From positions 1 to 36,421 of the IMG/VR virus record IMGVR_UViG_3300020045_008977: a stretch of DNA of 36,421 bases; one strand, 5' to 3'. A model generated the notes under the pieces. The model was given only the letters and a program-made list of their open reading frames with translations. It was not told the origin of the DNA and did no database searches. This stretch comes from a virus. Its lineage: Duplodnaviria > Caudoviricetes. Below are positions 8,588 through 16,973 of this stretch, in pieces. How positions within the stretch are numbered: position 1 is the first letter of the stretch; every line of letters begins with the position of its first letter. The position numbers were made by a program, and so were the translations under genes.

Positions 8588-10169
8588 TACTGGTCTCCTG
8601 TGCTTTAATGACTGCCCCCTGCTTTTCAGCTCCTTTTGTTGTCCCTGAATCACCCATTATTTTTTCAGCATCTTCTTTAGATATTCCGAATAAAATTATA
8701 AGCTGATTTACTCCCGAATCTCTTGTAATCGCTCCGATCGCTACTGCCTGAACTATGTCGTTAATCGCGGTAACTTGCGCACCATTAAAGACTTGATTTA
8801 AACCTTGTATTTGTTCGGTTTGCTCTTGTCCCTTTTGTGGCACTAACTCAGAAACATTGATTTCTTTTCCCTGATCTTCAATACGTTTCTTTTCCTGCTT
8901 TTCATCTATTCCGGAAAGCTCCCGTTTAGTTTCATCCGATAAGAAAGGCACGTCTTTAAGTCCTTGCATTGTATCAATCCGCATATCAGGTAAAGTCCGG
9001 TTAAACTTAATCTCTATTTCGCCCATCGACATTGACTTTATGGCCATAATATCATTTATACGCTCTATACGTTTCCATAATCCCTTTCGGTAAACCTTTT
9101 CTATACGCTGAGAAAACAGCTGCATATCATAAAGCCTTGTAATTAACGCCTTTCCGCTGACTTCGCCTGTCATGCCTGAATCGGGAGAGTACCAATCAAC
9201 TATATGTGAATGTTTGTGAATCTCCTGAATTAACAGCTTAGAAACGTATTCTCTAAATACGGGGGAAGTATCTTTCTGGATGTACTCAGCTATATCTCCC
9301 GGTTGCATTCCTTGAATAAATTTCCATTCAGAGACATTCTCATCTTCAGGTTTTACCAATTGACTCATTTTTAATAAGGAATCAACAAGCCTTTCCATCT
9401 CGTTTGAATTCCCGGAAAGAACATAATCAAGGGCATCTATATAAGGAATTATTGTAGAAAATGAACTAACATAGTTGATAAGCTCTGTATTATAACAGAT
9501 AACCGGGCAACCTTTGAAGTAAAGAACCCGGTCTTTTTCTCTTTCTGTTAATACATTGTCTTTGACTTTCCAGTATTGCCAAACATCCGCATAAATGACA
9601 TCCGCATAATAATCAAAGTCTTTTTCAGGTGACTTGATTATATAAATCCCGGCTATTATCTCAGGCTCAATACTTTCATCATAAACAAGGATCATTTGCC
9701 GCGGGTCTATGTTTGCAAATTTAATAATTGAGGCTGCCTGATCACCTATTGTGTAAACAATCTCAATTGCTTTATTGTAAGCAAGTGCCATTGTCCCGCT
9801 GTTCATATCCTTGACTTCTACATCATTGTCATATAGAATCTGATTAAGTGCATTTGCATAATCATCTGATTTTTTACTGACATATTTAATGTCGTTAAAC
9901 AGATAACCACCCATAGAATCTATTATTGTGCTGAAGTAACCCGTTTCAATTTTGTTATTTGGAGTTTTATTTCTCTGCTTTTTGTCATTATAACGCTTTA
10001 CTATTTCGGTGTTGTTCCCCTGATAATAATCATTATACATCTGCAGCCGCTTTAATTCGTCTGAACTCAGATAAGATTTAATTATTTCTGTAAGTGTTTC
10101 TTTGTCTATGCGCTCCGGTTTACCCCATGTAAAACGCTGAAATCCTGAATTGTCTATTATTGTACTCAT
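8574..10169 (-). CDS. Portal protein (SPP1 gp6-like)
   Basis: YYQG, PNNKI, IDPRQMILVYD, YIDALD motifs; follows terL. Confidence 0.92.
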   Translation of the reverse strand: MSTIIDNSGFQRFTWGKPERIDKETLTEIIKSYLSSDELKRLQMYNDYYQGNNTEIVKRYNDKKQRNKTPNNKIETGYFSTIIDSMGGYLFNDIKYVSKKSDDYANALNQILYDNDVEVKDMNSGTMALAYNKAIEIVYTIGDQAASIIKFANIDPRQMILVYDESIEPEIIAGIYIIKSPEKDFDYYADVIYADVWQYWKVKDNVLTEREKDRVLYFKGCPVICYNTELINYVSSFSTIIPYIDALDYVLSGNSNEMERLVDSLLKMSQLVKPEDENVSEWKFIQGMQPGDIAEYIQKDTSPVFREYVSKLLIQEIHKHSHIVDWYSPDSGMTGEVSGKALITRLYDMQLFSQRIEKVYRKGLWKRIERINDIMAIKSMSMGEIEIKFNRTLPDMRIDTMQGLKDVPFLSDETKRELSGIDEKQEKKRIEDQGKEINVSELVPQKGQEQTEQIQGLNQVFNGAQVTAINDIVQAVAIGAITRDSGVNQLIILFGISKEDAEKIMGDSGTTKGAEKQGAVIKAQETSNVSV

Positions 10170-10179
10170 TTTGCCCTCT

Positions 10180-11355
10180 TTACCATTTAGTTATATGAGC
10201 CTGTCGGCCGACCTGCTCCAGTGAATACCTAAGGGCGTCTGAGTAGTGGTTATTTTTGTCCTCTGGTACTGTTGTCGGCCTGTCTGTAAGCTTATCTATT
10301 TTATAACAATATGTTCTAAATTCATCAATTGTCTGTTTGCATCGGGGATGTATAATTACTTTCTCAAAAGATCGTATTTTGGCTATACCGTCTTCAACTG
10401 AACCTTTACCCTTCCGGGAAGCCGTGACATTCAATCCTTGTCGTCTTAAATAGCTGATAGTTTCCGGACGTGAATTATCCGCGATTATCTGCCATCTATC
10501 AGACAAGGGAATTTTTTTAATCATATCTGGAATTTTATCAATCTCTATACCAATGCCTCCAGCTTCATAATCTATATATAATTTTCTATCGTCAATAAAA
10601 CATCGAATTAAAGCATTCGGATCCTGACTGAACCCATAGTCTAAACCGAAATAAAAATTAACATTATTCGGAGTTTCAAAATCATCAATAACCCATTTTC
10701 CATAAAAGACTTGTGCTTCTGAATGTTGAACTGGTTCCCCTAACCAGACATGATTATAACGGTCAACATCGGTCTTTCTACACCATTCCATTTCAGCTTT
10801 TAAAACATCCGGGAAAAATGGATTGTCATAATAATTCATTTGAATCTTTAAAGTGTCGTTTCTTTCCGGTAAAATGTAATCCACATAAACAACATCATCT
10901 TTAGTAGTCGGATTCATTGAAAATATTATCCGGCTGTTAGGCTTCCTTATAGTCGGTATTAAAACATCTAAAGAACGCCTTGAAATGCTCTGAGCCTCTT
11001 CTACATGGCAGATGTCAACGCCCTCTGTAGACTTTATATTATCAATGTTCTGATAAAGCCCCTTGAATAGAAAATTAGTTCCGTTTATGCCCTCAATGCT
11101 TTCATTCGTAACTTTATAAAAACCATCGAATCCATTAGTATTTATTTTATCAGACAAAAGCCTATGAATTGAATCTTTTATTGATTTCTGGATCTCCCTG
11201 CAACAAAGTATTCTTAGTTTATTTTCCATCCCCGAAACTAAAAGCATATCTGCAATTGTCCATGATTTTGAACTGCCCCGGCCTCCGTAACAAATCGTAT
11301 ATCTTTTATCAGTTTTAAATATAGGAATAAGTTTTTCAGGTATCTGTATTTTCAG
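10180..11355 (-). CDS. terL: Terminase large subunit (PBSX family); start extended to CTG at 11355
   Basis: Walker A YGGRGSSKS lies in frame upstream of the ORF-track ATG; CCREIQKSIKDS, Walker B CHVEEAQ, GLDYGF and DKNNHYSDALRY nuclease motifs. Confidence 0.93.
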   Translation of the reverse strand: MKIQIPEKLIPIFKTDKRYTICYGGRGSSKSWTIADMLLVSGMENKLRILCCREIQKSIKDSIHRLLSDKINTNGFDGFYKVTNESIEGINGTNFLFKGLYQNIDNIKSTEGVDICHVEEAQSISRRSLDVLIPTIRKPNSRIIFSMNPTTKDDVVYVDYILPERNDTLKIQMNYYDNPFFPDVLKAEMEWCRKTDVDRYNHVWLGEPVQHSEAQVFYGKWVIDDFETPNNVNFYFGLDYGFSQDPNALIRCFIDDRKLYIDYEAGGIGIEIDKIPDMIKKIPLSDRWQIIADNSRPETISYLRRQGLNVTASRKGKGSVEDGIAKIRSFEKVIIHPRCKQTIDEFRTYCYKIDKLTDRPTTVPEDKNNHYSDALRYSLEQVGRQAHITKW

Positions 11356-11782
11356 ATTTTACACCCTCTATAATTATGTTAATAGGTATATTCCCCGTAT
11401 GTTCAAGCTCTTGTTTATCAGACCATCCATAGTTTTTAAGTACAAATATCCCGGCAGCTGCAAAAACTTCACCTGAAAGAATTCCTTTTTCTGCAAAATT
11501 TTCACATGTTAACCGCGCTCTTTTTATAGTGTAAGAAAATTCGTCACTTCTCTTTTCATAATCATATATTGATTGTCTTGATTCAAACCCTAAATGTAAA
11601 GCAAGCCCTGTTAAAGTGGGCGGATTAAGTCTATAAACAGGCCGTCCGGATTTATCTAAAATGACTTTATCCTCTGCATCCTTTAGTAATTCCGGTACGC
11701 ATAAAGCAAAGAACTCATCTATAGCAGATTGAAGCTCTTCATTCGTTTTATACTTTAAGGGTCTTCCTGATTCGTTTTCCAT
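11336..11782 (-). CDS. terS: Terminase small subunit (DNA-packaging gp3-like)
   Basis: GRPLKY, PTLTGLALHLGF.SRQSIYDY, IFVLKNYGWSDKQE; overlaps terL start. Confidence 0.9.
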   Translation of the reverse strand: MENESGRPLKYKTNEELQSAIDEFFALCVPELLKDAEDKVILDKSGRPVYRLNPPTLTGLALHLGFESRQSIYDYEKRSDEFSYTIKRARLTCENFAEKGILSGEVFAAAGIFVLKNYGWSDKQELEHTGNIPINIIIEGVKSENTDT

Positions 11783-11788
11783 AATTAA

Positions 11789-11817
11789 GCAATATCTGTA
11801 ATACTTAAAAAAGTCAA
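11789..11817 (-). promoter_or_regulatory. Putative sigma70-like promoter for packaging genes
   Basis: TTGACT-17 nt-TATTGC, 6 nt before terS ATG. Confidence 0.4.
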
Positions 11818-11824
11818 GTATAAT

Positions 11825-11977
11825 TTACATACTCCTTAATGTTTTAGAAGCTGATTTTAAACCGGATAAATCAAACGGCATAGAAACAGACATCTCCTGT
11901 ATTCCCGGCCAAATAACATATTTTAACCAGTATTTTGATTTCAGCTCTCCGAGTCTTTGATTTTGGTAATCGTTCAT
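11825..11977 (-). CDS. 50-aa hypothetical protein
   Basis: ATGA overlap with Lar-like gene; fills intergenic gap. Confidence 0.45.
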   Translation of the reverse strand: MNDYQNQRLGELKSKYWLKYVIWPGIQEMSVSMPFDLSGLKSASKTLRSM

Positions 11978-12177
11978 ATTCTATTATTCCAAATATTTAG
12001 AAGTTTCTGCTTTAATTCTTCTTCCGTCTTGCCGTCGTAATCATATATTTTATTTATTGTCTTTACTCCGCATTTACATACAATTTCAAAGCCATTTATA
12101 GACTCCGGGCCGAAATAAACAGATACTGCTTTAAATTCTGGGATACCACCACAAAAAGGACAACTTTTTATTTCCAC
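11974..12177 (-). CDS. Lar-family (restriction alleviation-like) zinc-ribbon protein
   Basis: IKSCPFCGG...IVCKCG...WNNR signature. Confidence 0.75.
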   Translation of the reverse strand: MEIKSCPFCGGIPEFKAVSVYFGPESINGFEIVCKCGVKTINKIYDYDGKTEEELKQKLLNIWNNRI

Positions 12178-12178
12178 T

Positions 12179-12406
12179 TTATCTCACCTTAACTGTCATT
12201 TTTCTTATACACTTTAAACAACATCTATGTCTGCGGTTGCTGTCCGGGTTATAGCTGTAAAGGTCTGTTTCGCTTTCCGGGAAGTAATTAGTACACCGGT
12301 TGCATCGATACTGTTTTTCTGATTCTTTCGGCTCTTTACGCTGCTTTTTTAACAGGTCTTTAATTATAGGGTTAATGTCTGGGAGGATTAAATCTTCGTT
12401 ATTCAT
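12179..12406 (-). CDS. Hypothetical protein with two CxxC motifs
   Basis: CNRC and CLKC; tight operon packing. Confidence 0.6.
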   Translation of the reverse strand: MNNEDLILPDINPIIKDLLKKQRKEPKESEKQYRCNRCTNYFPESETDLYSYNPDSNRRHRCCLKCIRKMTVKVR

Positions 12407-12408
12407 GG

Positions 12409-12570
12409 TTATTTTTCTTTTTTTATATTATCTGAAAATATTACATGCCAACATAAAAACGCCGTCAAAGTTAAAACGCAATATTGAACATCTTTTTTTA
12501 AAAATAAATCTATACATGCTATTACGAGAAACCATACTGCATTTATTTTCTGTGTAGTATTAACTTTCAC
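12409..12570 (-). CDS. 53-aa small hydrophobic protein
   Basis: GTG start after GAGGG; two hydrophobic stretches. Confidence 0.45.
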   Translation of the reverse strand: MKVNTTQKINAVWFLVIACIDLFLKKDVQYCVLTLTAFLCWHVIFSDNIKKEK

Positions 12571-12694
12571 TTTTAACCCTCTTCATAAATACATATTTAT
12601 CAGCCTTGCTACAATAAGACTTTATCTTTTTAAGCTCGCTTTCTCTCCGGAATTCAGCTCCACAAACAGGGCATCGATAAAGGTTAATCCTCAT
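12560..12694 (-). CDS. 44-aa CxxC protein
   Basis: MRINLYRCPVCGAEFRRES...; overlaps neighbours. Confidence 0.5.
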   Translation of the reverse strand: MRINLYRCPVCGAEFRRESELKKIKSYCSKADKYVFMKRVKSES

Positions 12695-12860
12695 AGATGG
12701 TTTCTGCAGGACAGGCACTTATACAGCTTCCACAAGCCTTACAATTATCATTAAACACATGAAAAAGCTTGCCGTTCTGCTTTACAAGGGTTATTCCGTT
12801 ATGTTTGCAGTTATCCTGGCATATGTTGCATTTAATACAATTATCCTCTTCGACTCTCAT
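12684..12860 (-). CDS. 2[4Fe-4S] dicluster ferredoxin, 58 aa (not in ORF track)
   Basis: MRVEEDNCIKCNICQDNCKHNGITLVKQNGKLFHVFNDNCKACGSCISACPAETIYED: two CxxCxxCxxxC motifs; GAGGT RBS. Confidence 0.88.
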   Translation of the reverse strand: MRVEEDNCIKCNICQDNCKHNGITLVKQNGKLFHVFNDNCKACGSCISACPAETIYED

Positions 12861-12869
12861 AAATACCTC

Positions 12870-13127
12870 TCACATATTTATTAAAAATCTAATAGCCATG
12901 GTTGCCGTATGAACCGCCTCTGTTTCCATCTTGTTATAATGTTCCCTGATATTTACATCTTTTATAGGATCGCATCCTTCGTAATCATTACAAGCCTGTA
13001 CAAGTTCCCCCGATTCCTCAGATACAACTGCAGCTGCATGGATTTTATCTTTAGGCCATACAGGATGAAGCTTTTTAGCTCGTTCAAGCTCCTGTTTTAT
13101 TAGTAGGATAGTATCTTCAAATTTCAT
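12870..13127 (-). CDS. MazG-like NTP pyrophosphatase-fold protein
   Basis: AVVSEESGELVQA...TEAVHTATMAIRF (EExGE...E pattern). Confidence 0.7.
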   Translation of the reverse strand: MKFEDTILLIKQELERAKKLHPVWPKDKIHAAAVVSEESGELVQACNDYEGCDPIKDVNIREHYNKMETEAVHTATMAIRFLINM

Positions 13128-13144
13128 TTATTCACCTTTTTGTT

Positions 13145-13291
13145 ATCGGAGAGAGACAGGATTTTTAATACCTGTATGCAGAGTGCCGTTAGGATATTAT
13201 TTTACCGGATTTTCACCGTCCGCACCCTCAGTTTTGCTCTTGGCTCTGCGTTTAGGATTTCACTGCGTCTTATTCCGCCACTCTCTCCGAT
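13145..13291 (-). ncRNA. tRNA-like structured RNA with enlarged anticodon-arm region
   Basis: 11-bp terminal stem ATCGGAGAGAG/CTCTCTCCGAT, D-arm-like TGGCGGAATAAGACGC, T-arm-like ACAGG-10 nt-CCTGT abutting the acceptor strand. Confidence 0.55.
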
Positions 13292-13436
13292 TTTAAAGTA
13301 TTGCCGGCCTGTTCCCGGCTGTCAGATTTTCAGACTCGTCACCCGCATGCAAGATGCGCTAAGTGTTCTTTCGGTTTACTCCGGATTATAATAAAAACAA
13401 CATTTAATTTGTGAGGGCGTTGCCCTTGATACATAA

Positions 13437-13562
13437 CATATATATAATAATATACCCACCGTCAACAATTTTTTTACATGATTTCAAAAAAATAATAAAA
13501 TTTCACTTTTTTTAAATAAATACAGAAAAAGGATTGACGATATATCTATATGGTTATATCTA
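13437..13562. promoter_or_regulatory. Divergent promoter region at the strand switch
   Basis: Back-to-back TTGACG hexamers (13465-13460 minus; 13534-13539 plus), each followed by TATA-rich -10-like sequence, with an AT-rich spacer. Confidence 0.6.
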
Positions 13563-13589
13563 TAACTTATTACAAAGTGAGGTGATTAC

Positions 13590-13922
13590 ATGGGCAAAAT
13601 AATTATACCAGTAGTCGAAATAAAAATAGGAAATGACCTATATCTCCAGATTAAAGATGTTTCTTTTATTTCGTTTAAAAAAGGGAGATTTGATTATAGA
13701 CCAGATTTTTCTTATCCTGATGAACCAGCTGAATGCGACTGGAAAAATGAAAACGCTAAACTGGTTATTAAGAAGTATGGGTACGTTCAAGCCCCATCGA
13801 CAAAAGGTATGATTAAAAAGTTAATCTTCGAAAAAGAATTTCCAGCAGATGACAGCTTTGTTTATGAATACTATGAACAAATTATATTACAGATAGAGGA
13901 GGATTTACAAAATGATCGTTGA
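13590..13922 (+). CDS. Hypothetical protein, first rightward gene
   Basis: Strong GAGGTGA RBS; 110 aa. Confidence 0.75.
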   Translation: MGKIIIPVVEIKIGNDLYLQIKDVSFISFKKGRFDYRPDFSYPDEPAECDWKNENAKLVIKKYGYVQAPSTKGMIKKLIFEKEFPADDSFVYEYYEQIILQIEEDLQNDR

Positions 13923-14076
13923 ATCAATTGTATCTAAAAATGGAGAAGTTTACAAAGTAAAGAAATGCCAAAAATCAGGCGAAGAAAATCTACTTGTAAA
14001 CTGTGTTGACGGTACTTGTCCGCTGTTTAGAGATTTTGATCATAAGAAGTTGATTGTAAAGTGTGAAAAAATATGA
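13912..14076 (+). CDS. 54-aa hypothetical protein
   Basis: GGAGG RBS; overlaps neighbours. Confidence 0.55.
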   Translation: MIVESIVSKNGEVYKVKKCQKSGEENLLVNCVDGTCPLFRDFDHKKLIVKCEKI

Positions 14077-14258
14077 GTAACGAATTAAAAATTAAAATAC
14101 AAGATTATAGAAAAAAACATCCGGAGTTAAAGTATCTAAATGATATTGAATTGAAATACCATATGGAATATTGGAACAAAAGACAGAGAAAATGCAAGCA
14201 TGTGAAATCTGTTTACACAGATAATACTTTATGTGTATTGTGTGGAATTCAATTATGA
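14073..14258 (+). CDS. Hypothetical protein (CxH...CxxC)
   Basis: ATGA overlaps at both ends. Confidence 0.55.
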   Translation: MSNELKIKIQDYRKKHPELKYLNDIELKYHMEYWNKRQRKCKHVKSVYTDNTLCVLCGIQL

Positions 14259-14425
14259 GCATAAACATTCTCACATGGACTTGCCCTTGCGGTAAAAAGA
14301 ACGCGTATAATCTTAGCGAACACACTTTTTTAAAACGGCTCCAGATAGAATTAAGCTTTGATGAAAAATTATGTCCAGACTGTTTTGAAAAAAGTTTAAA
14401 AAATAAAGGAGGCCTGAATGCCTAA
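14255..14425 (+). CDS. Small zinc-ribbon protein
   Basis: CPCG...CPDC; ATG at 14255 coupled to upstream stop. Confidence 0.55.
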   Translation: MSINILTWTCPCGKKNAYNLSEHTFLKRLQIELSFDEKLCPDCFEKSLKNKGGLNA

Positions 14426-14576
14426 AATACTAGTGGACTTAAGAGAAGATCAACACAAGGAACTTGCCCAATATTGGGTTGACAGTAAGCAGTCAATGTC
14501 TGAGAGCATACGGCAGGGAGTAGATTTATTCCTGGATAAAGTTAAAAAGAAAGTTAAGAAAAAGGGGGAATTATGA
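14418..14576 (+). CDS. Ribbon-helix-helix (CopG/Arc-like) DNA-binding protein, 52 aa (not in ORF track)
   Basis: MPKILVDLREDQHKELAQYWVDSKQSMSESIRQGVDLFL; AAGGAGG RBS. Confidence 0.7.
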   Translation: MPKILVDLREDQHKELAQYWVDSKQSMSESIRQGVDLFLDKVKKKVKKKGEL

Positions 14577-15289
14577 GCGAAACAGATATAATCACAGTTA
14601 ATAAAATTACTGAATATATGGACGCTTTTAATATTGCAAGTCAGTTAAACGACAAAGAGAAAAAACAATTTGTTGAGATTGCAATAGCGTATCAGCTAAA
14701 CCCTTTTAAGCGTGAAATTTATTGTATTGCTTATGGTCAAGGTCAATACCGGAAATTATCTATAATAACCGGGTATGAAACTTATTTAAAAAGAGCAGAG
14801 CGCACCGGAAAAATGGACGGATGGGAAGCTGAAATTGAAGGTACCGGAGAAGACAGAACCGCTAAAGTAACAATCTATCGGAAAGACTGGAAGCATCCTT
14901 TTAAGCATACTGCTTACTGGCTTGAGTGTAAACAGATGACTTATGATACAACGGCTAAAATATGGAAGCTGAATTCTATATGGGATAAAATGGGAAATTT
15001 TATGCTTAAAAAAGTTGCCATTGCCCAGGCGTTTAGACTTTGTTTCCCTGATGAAATGGGGGGCTTGCCATATGTCGAAGGTGAAAACACTGAACAGGTT
15101 GAAATAGAATCTACACCGCCGGAAAAACCAAAGGGAAATATTGAAAACGCTCTTACTGCTCTTAAAGAAAAAGTAACCACTAAAAAAGCACTGGAAGGAT
15201 TTAAAACTATACTTGATAAATCAGAATGGACACAAGAAGAGTATTTGACCATTGAGCAGGCCATGAGCGAGAAAGAGGCTACATTATGA
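14573..15289 (+). CDS. bet: Single-strand annealing recombinase (Bet/RecT family)
   Basis: LNPFKREIY, TGYETYLKRAERTG, MLKKVAIAQAFRLCFP. Confidence 0.88.
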   Translation: MSETDIITVNKITEYMDAFNIASQLNDKEKKQFVEIAIAYQLNPFKREIYCIAYGQGQYRKLSIITGYETYLKRAERTGKMDGWEAEIEGTGEDRTAKVTIYRKDWKHPFKHTAYWLECKQMTYDTTAKIWKLNSIWDKMGNFMLKKVAIAQAFRLCFPDEMGGLPYVEGENTEQVEIESTPPEKPKGNIENALTALKEKVTTKKALEGFKTILDKSEWTQEEYLTIEQAMSEKEATL

Positions 15290-15909
15290 TGATAGATTGT
15301 GAACAGGGCTCCGATCCTTGGAAAATAATCAGGCTCGGCAGGGTCACCAGTTCCAGAATAAGCGATGTAATGGCTAAAGGGAAGGGGGGAGCTCCATCAG
15401 CAACCAGAAAGAATTATATGTATCAATTGCTTTTGGAACGGCTCACGGGAGAAATGGCAGAGCACTATGTCAGTACAGAAATGCAGAGAGGAGTTGACAA
15501 AGAGCAAGACGCTGCGGATGCGTACGAAATAGAAACATATTCAATAGTTGATAGATGCGGATTCTTTCCGGCTCCCTCCGGACTTATGGAGGGAAGTTCC
15601 CCTGATAGACTTGTCGGAGAAAACGGATTGATAGAAATTAAAAACCCAAATACCTCAACACATATTGAAACCAAAATTTCAGGCGTTATTAAATCTGATT
15701 ATATTTATCAGATGCAACATCAAATGTATTGCGCTGAAAGATCATGGTGCGATTTTGTTTCACACGATGACCGCTTGCCGGATAATCTTAAATTGTTTAT
15801 TAAACGGATCGACCGTGATTCTTTAATGATTGCGGAGATCTGCGGAGAAGTCAAACTATTTTTAAAAGAACTCGATGCACTCGAAGAAAAAGTAAGGAAT
15901 TTAAATTAA
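15286..15909 (+). CDS. exo: YqaJ / lambda-type exonuclease
   Basis: EQGS..W...RLG.VTSS, SPD.LV, IEIKNP, YIYQMQHQM. Confidence 0.92.
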   Translation: MMIDCEQGSDPWKIIRLGRVTSSRISDVMAKGKGGAPSATRKNYMYQLLLERLTGEMAEHYVSTEMQRGVDKEQDAADAYEIETYSIVDRCGFFPAPSGLMEGSSPDRLVGENGLIEIKNPNTSTHIETKISGVIKSDYIYQMQHQMYCAERSWCDFVSHDDRLPDNLKLFIKRIDRDSLMIAEICGEVKLFLKELDALEEKVRNLN

Positions 15910-15919
15910 GGAGAGATAT

Positions 15920-16963
15920 ATGGAAAACAAACTTGTAACAGTAATCAAAGAAAGTCATGTTGAAGAATCAACAGCATTGACTCTACAGAACGCATTCACC
16001 CCGTTTTTTAATCAGGCAAACGAATGGGTTGAAAAAGTTAAATCAATCGTTGTAACCGACGCTTCACAGGCTGAAGAAATCAGACAGGCAAGAGAAGCAA
16101 GATTGAGACTTAAAGAAATACGTATTCAGGCTGACAAAAAGCGTAAGGAGTTGAAAGAGGATTCTTTGAGATACGGAAAAGCCGTTCAGGGTGTTTATAA
16201 TGTAATTGAATACCTGATTGCACCGCTTGAAAAACATCTTGAAGATCAGGAGCGATTTGTTGAAATTCAGAGAGAGAAAATTAAAACTGAACTCCGAATA
16301 AAAAGAGAAAGCGAACTTGCACCATACTTTGAATTTATTCCTTCCGGTTTAAGTCTTGCTGATATTTCAGAAGATGATTTTCAAAAGATTCTTGCAGGCT
16401 CTAAAATACAATTGCAAATGAAAATTGACGCTGAAAAGAAAGCAGAAGCTGAACGCCTTGAAAGAGAAAAGATTGAAGCTGAAGAACGCGAAAAGATCAG
16501 ACTTGAAAACATTAAGTTAAAAAAAGAAGCTGAAGAGCGGGAAAAACTCGCAGAGATTGAAAGAAAGAAAGCTGAGAAAGAAAAGCTTGAACGGGACAAA
16601 AAAGAAATAGCCGAAAAAGAAGCAAGGGAAAAAGATCTCGCAGCCGAGAGAGAAAAAGCAGCGAAAGAGAAAGCTGAATCAGATAAAAAGCTCGCTGCAG
16701 AAATGGCAGAAAGAAAGCGTATCGAAGACGAGTTAAAAAAGAAAGAAGCTGAAGAACTCCGGATTAGAAAAGAAGCTGAAGAGAAAGAAAAAAAAGCGAA
16801 ACTCGCACCAGATAAAGAAAAACTGGTTGAATTTTCAAAGCTAATAGAATCAATTAAATTACCGGAAGTTTCAAATCCGGAAGCAAAAAAAGCAATCCTT
16901 GAATCTAAAGAAATGCTGAACAAAATAAGCATATTTCTTTTGAGACAAGCAGACACATTTTAA
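15920..16963 (+). CDS. Coiled-coil, E/K-rich protein
   Basis: 347 aa; long EK-rich helix; common in phage recombination modules. Confidence 0.75.
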   Translation: MENKLVTVIKESHVEESTALTLQNAFTPFFNQANEWVEKVKSIVVTDASQAEEIRQAREARLRLKEIRIQADKKRKELKEDSLRYGKAVQGVYNVIEYLIAPLEKHLEDQERFVEIQREKIKTELRIKRESELAPYFEFIPSGLSLADISEDDFQKILAGSKIQLQMKIDAEKKAEAERLEREKIEAEEREKIRLENIKLKKEAEEREKLAEIERKKAEKEKLERDKKEIAEKEAREKDLAAEREKAAKEKAESDKKLAAEMAERKRIEDELKKKEAEELRIRKEAEEKEKKAKLAPDKEKLVEFSKLIESIKLPEVSNPEAKKAILESKEMLNKISIFLLRQADTF

Positions 16964-16973
16964 GGAGCCTATA

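Noticed and set aside
13145-13291. Canonical tRNA or tmRNA
   Set aside because: No 7-nt anticodon loop, no TTC in the T-loop, no CCA; too short for tmRNA and lacks the G3-U70 alanine identity pair.
13140-13391. 83-aa plus-strand ORF
   Set aside because: TTG start without RBS, opposite to local gene direction, overlaps structured non-coding elements.
16381-16956. 191-aa minus-strand S/F-rich ORF
   Set aside because: Antisense shadow of the EK-rich coiled-coil gene; other antisense ORFs (e.g. 6766-7098, 35609-36076, 27428-28396) rejected likewise.
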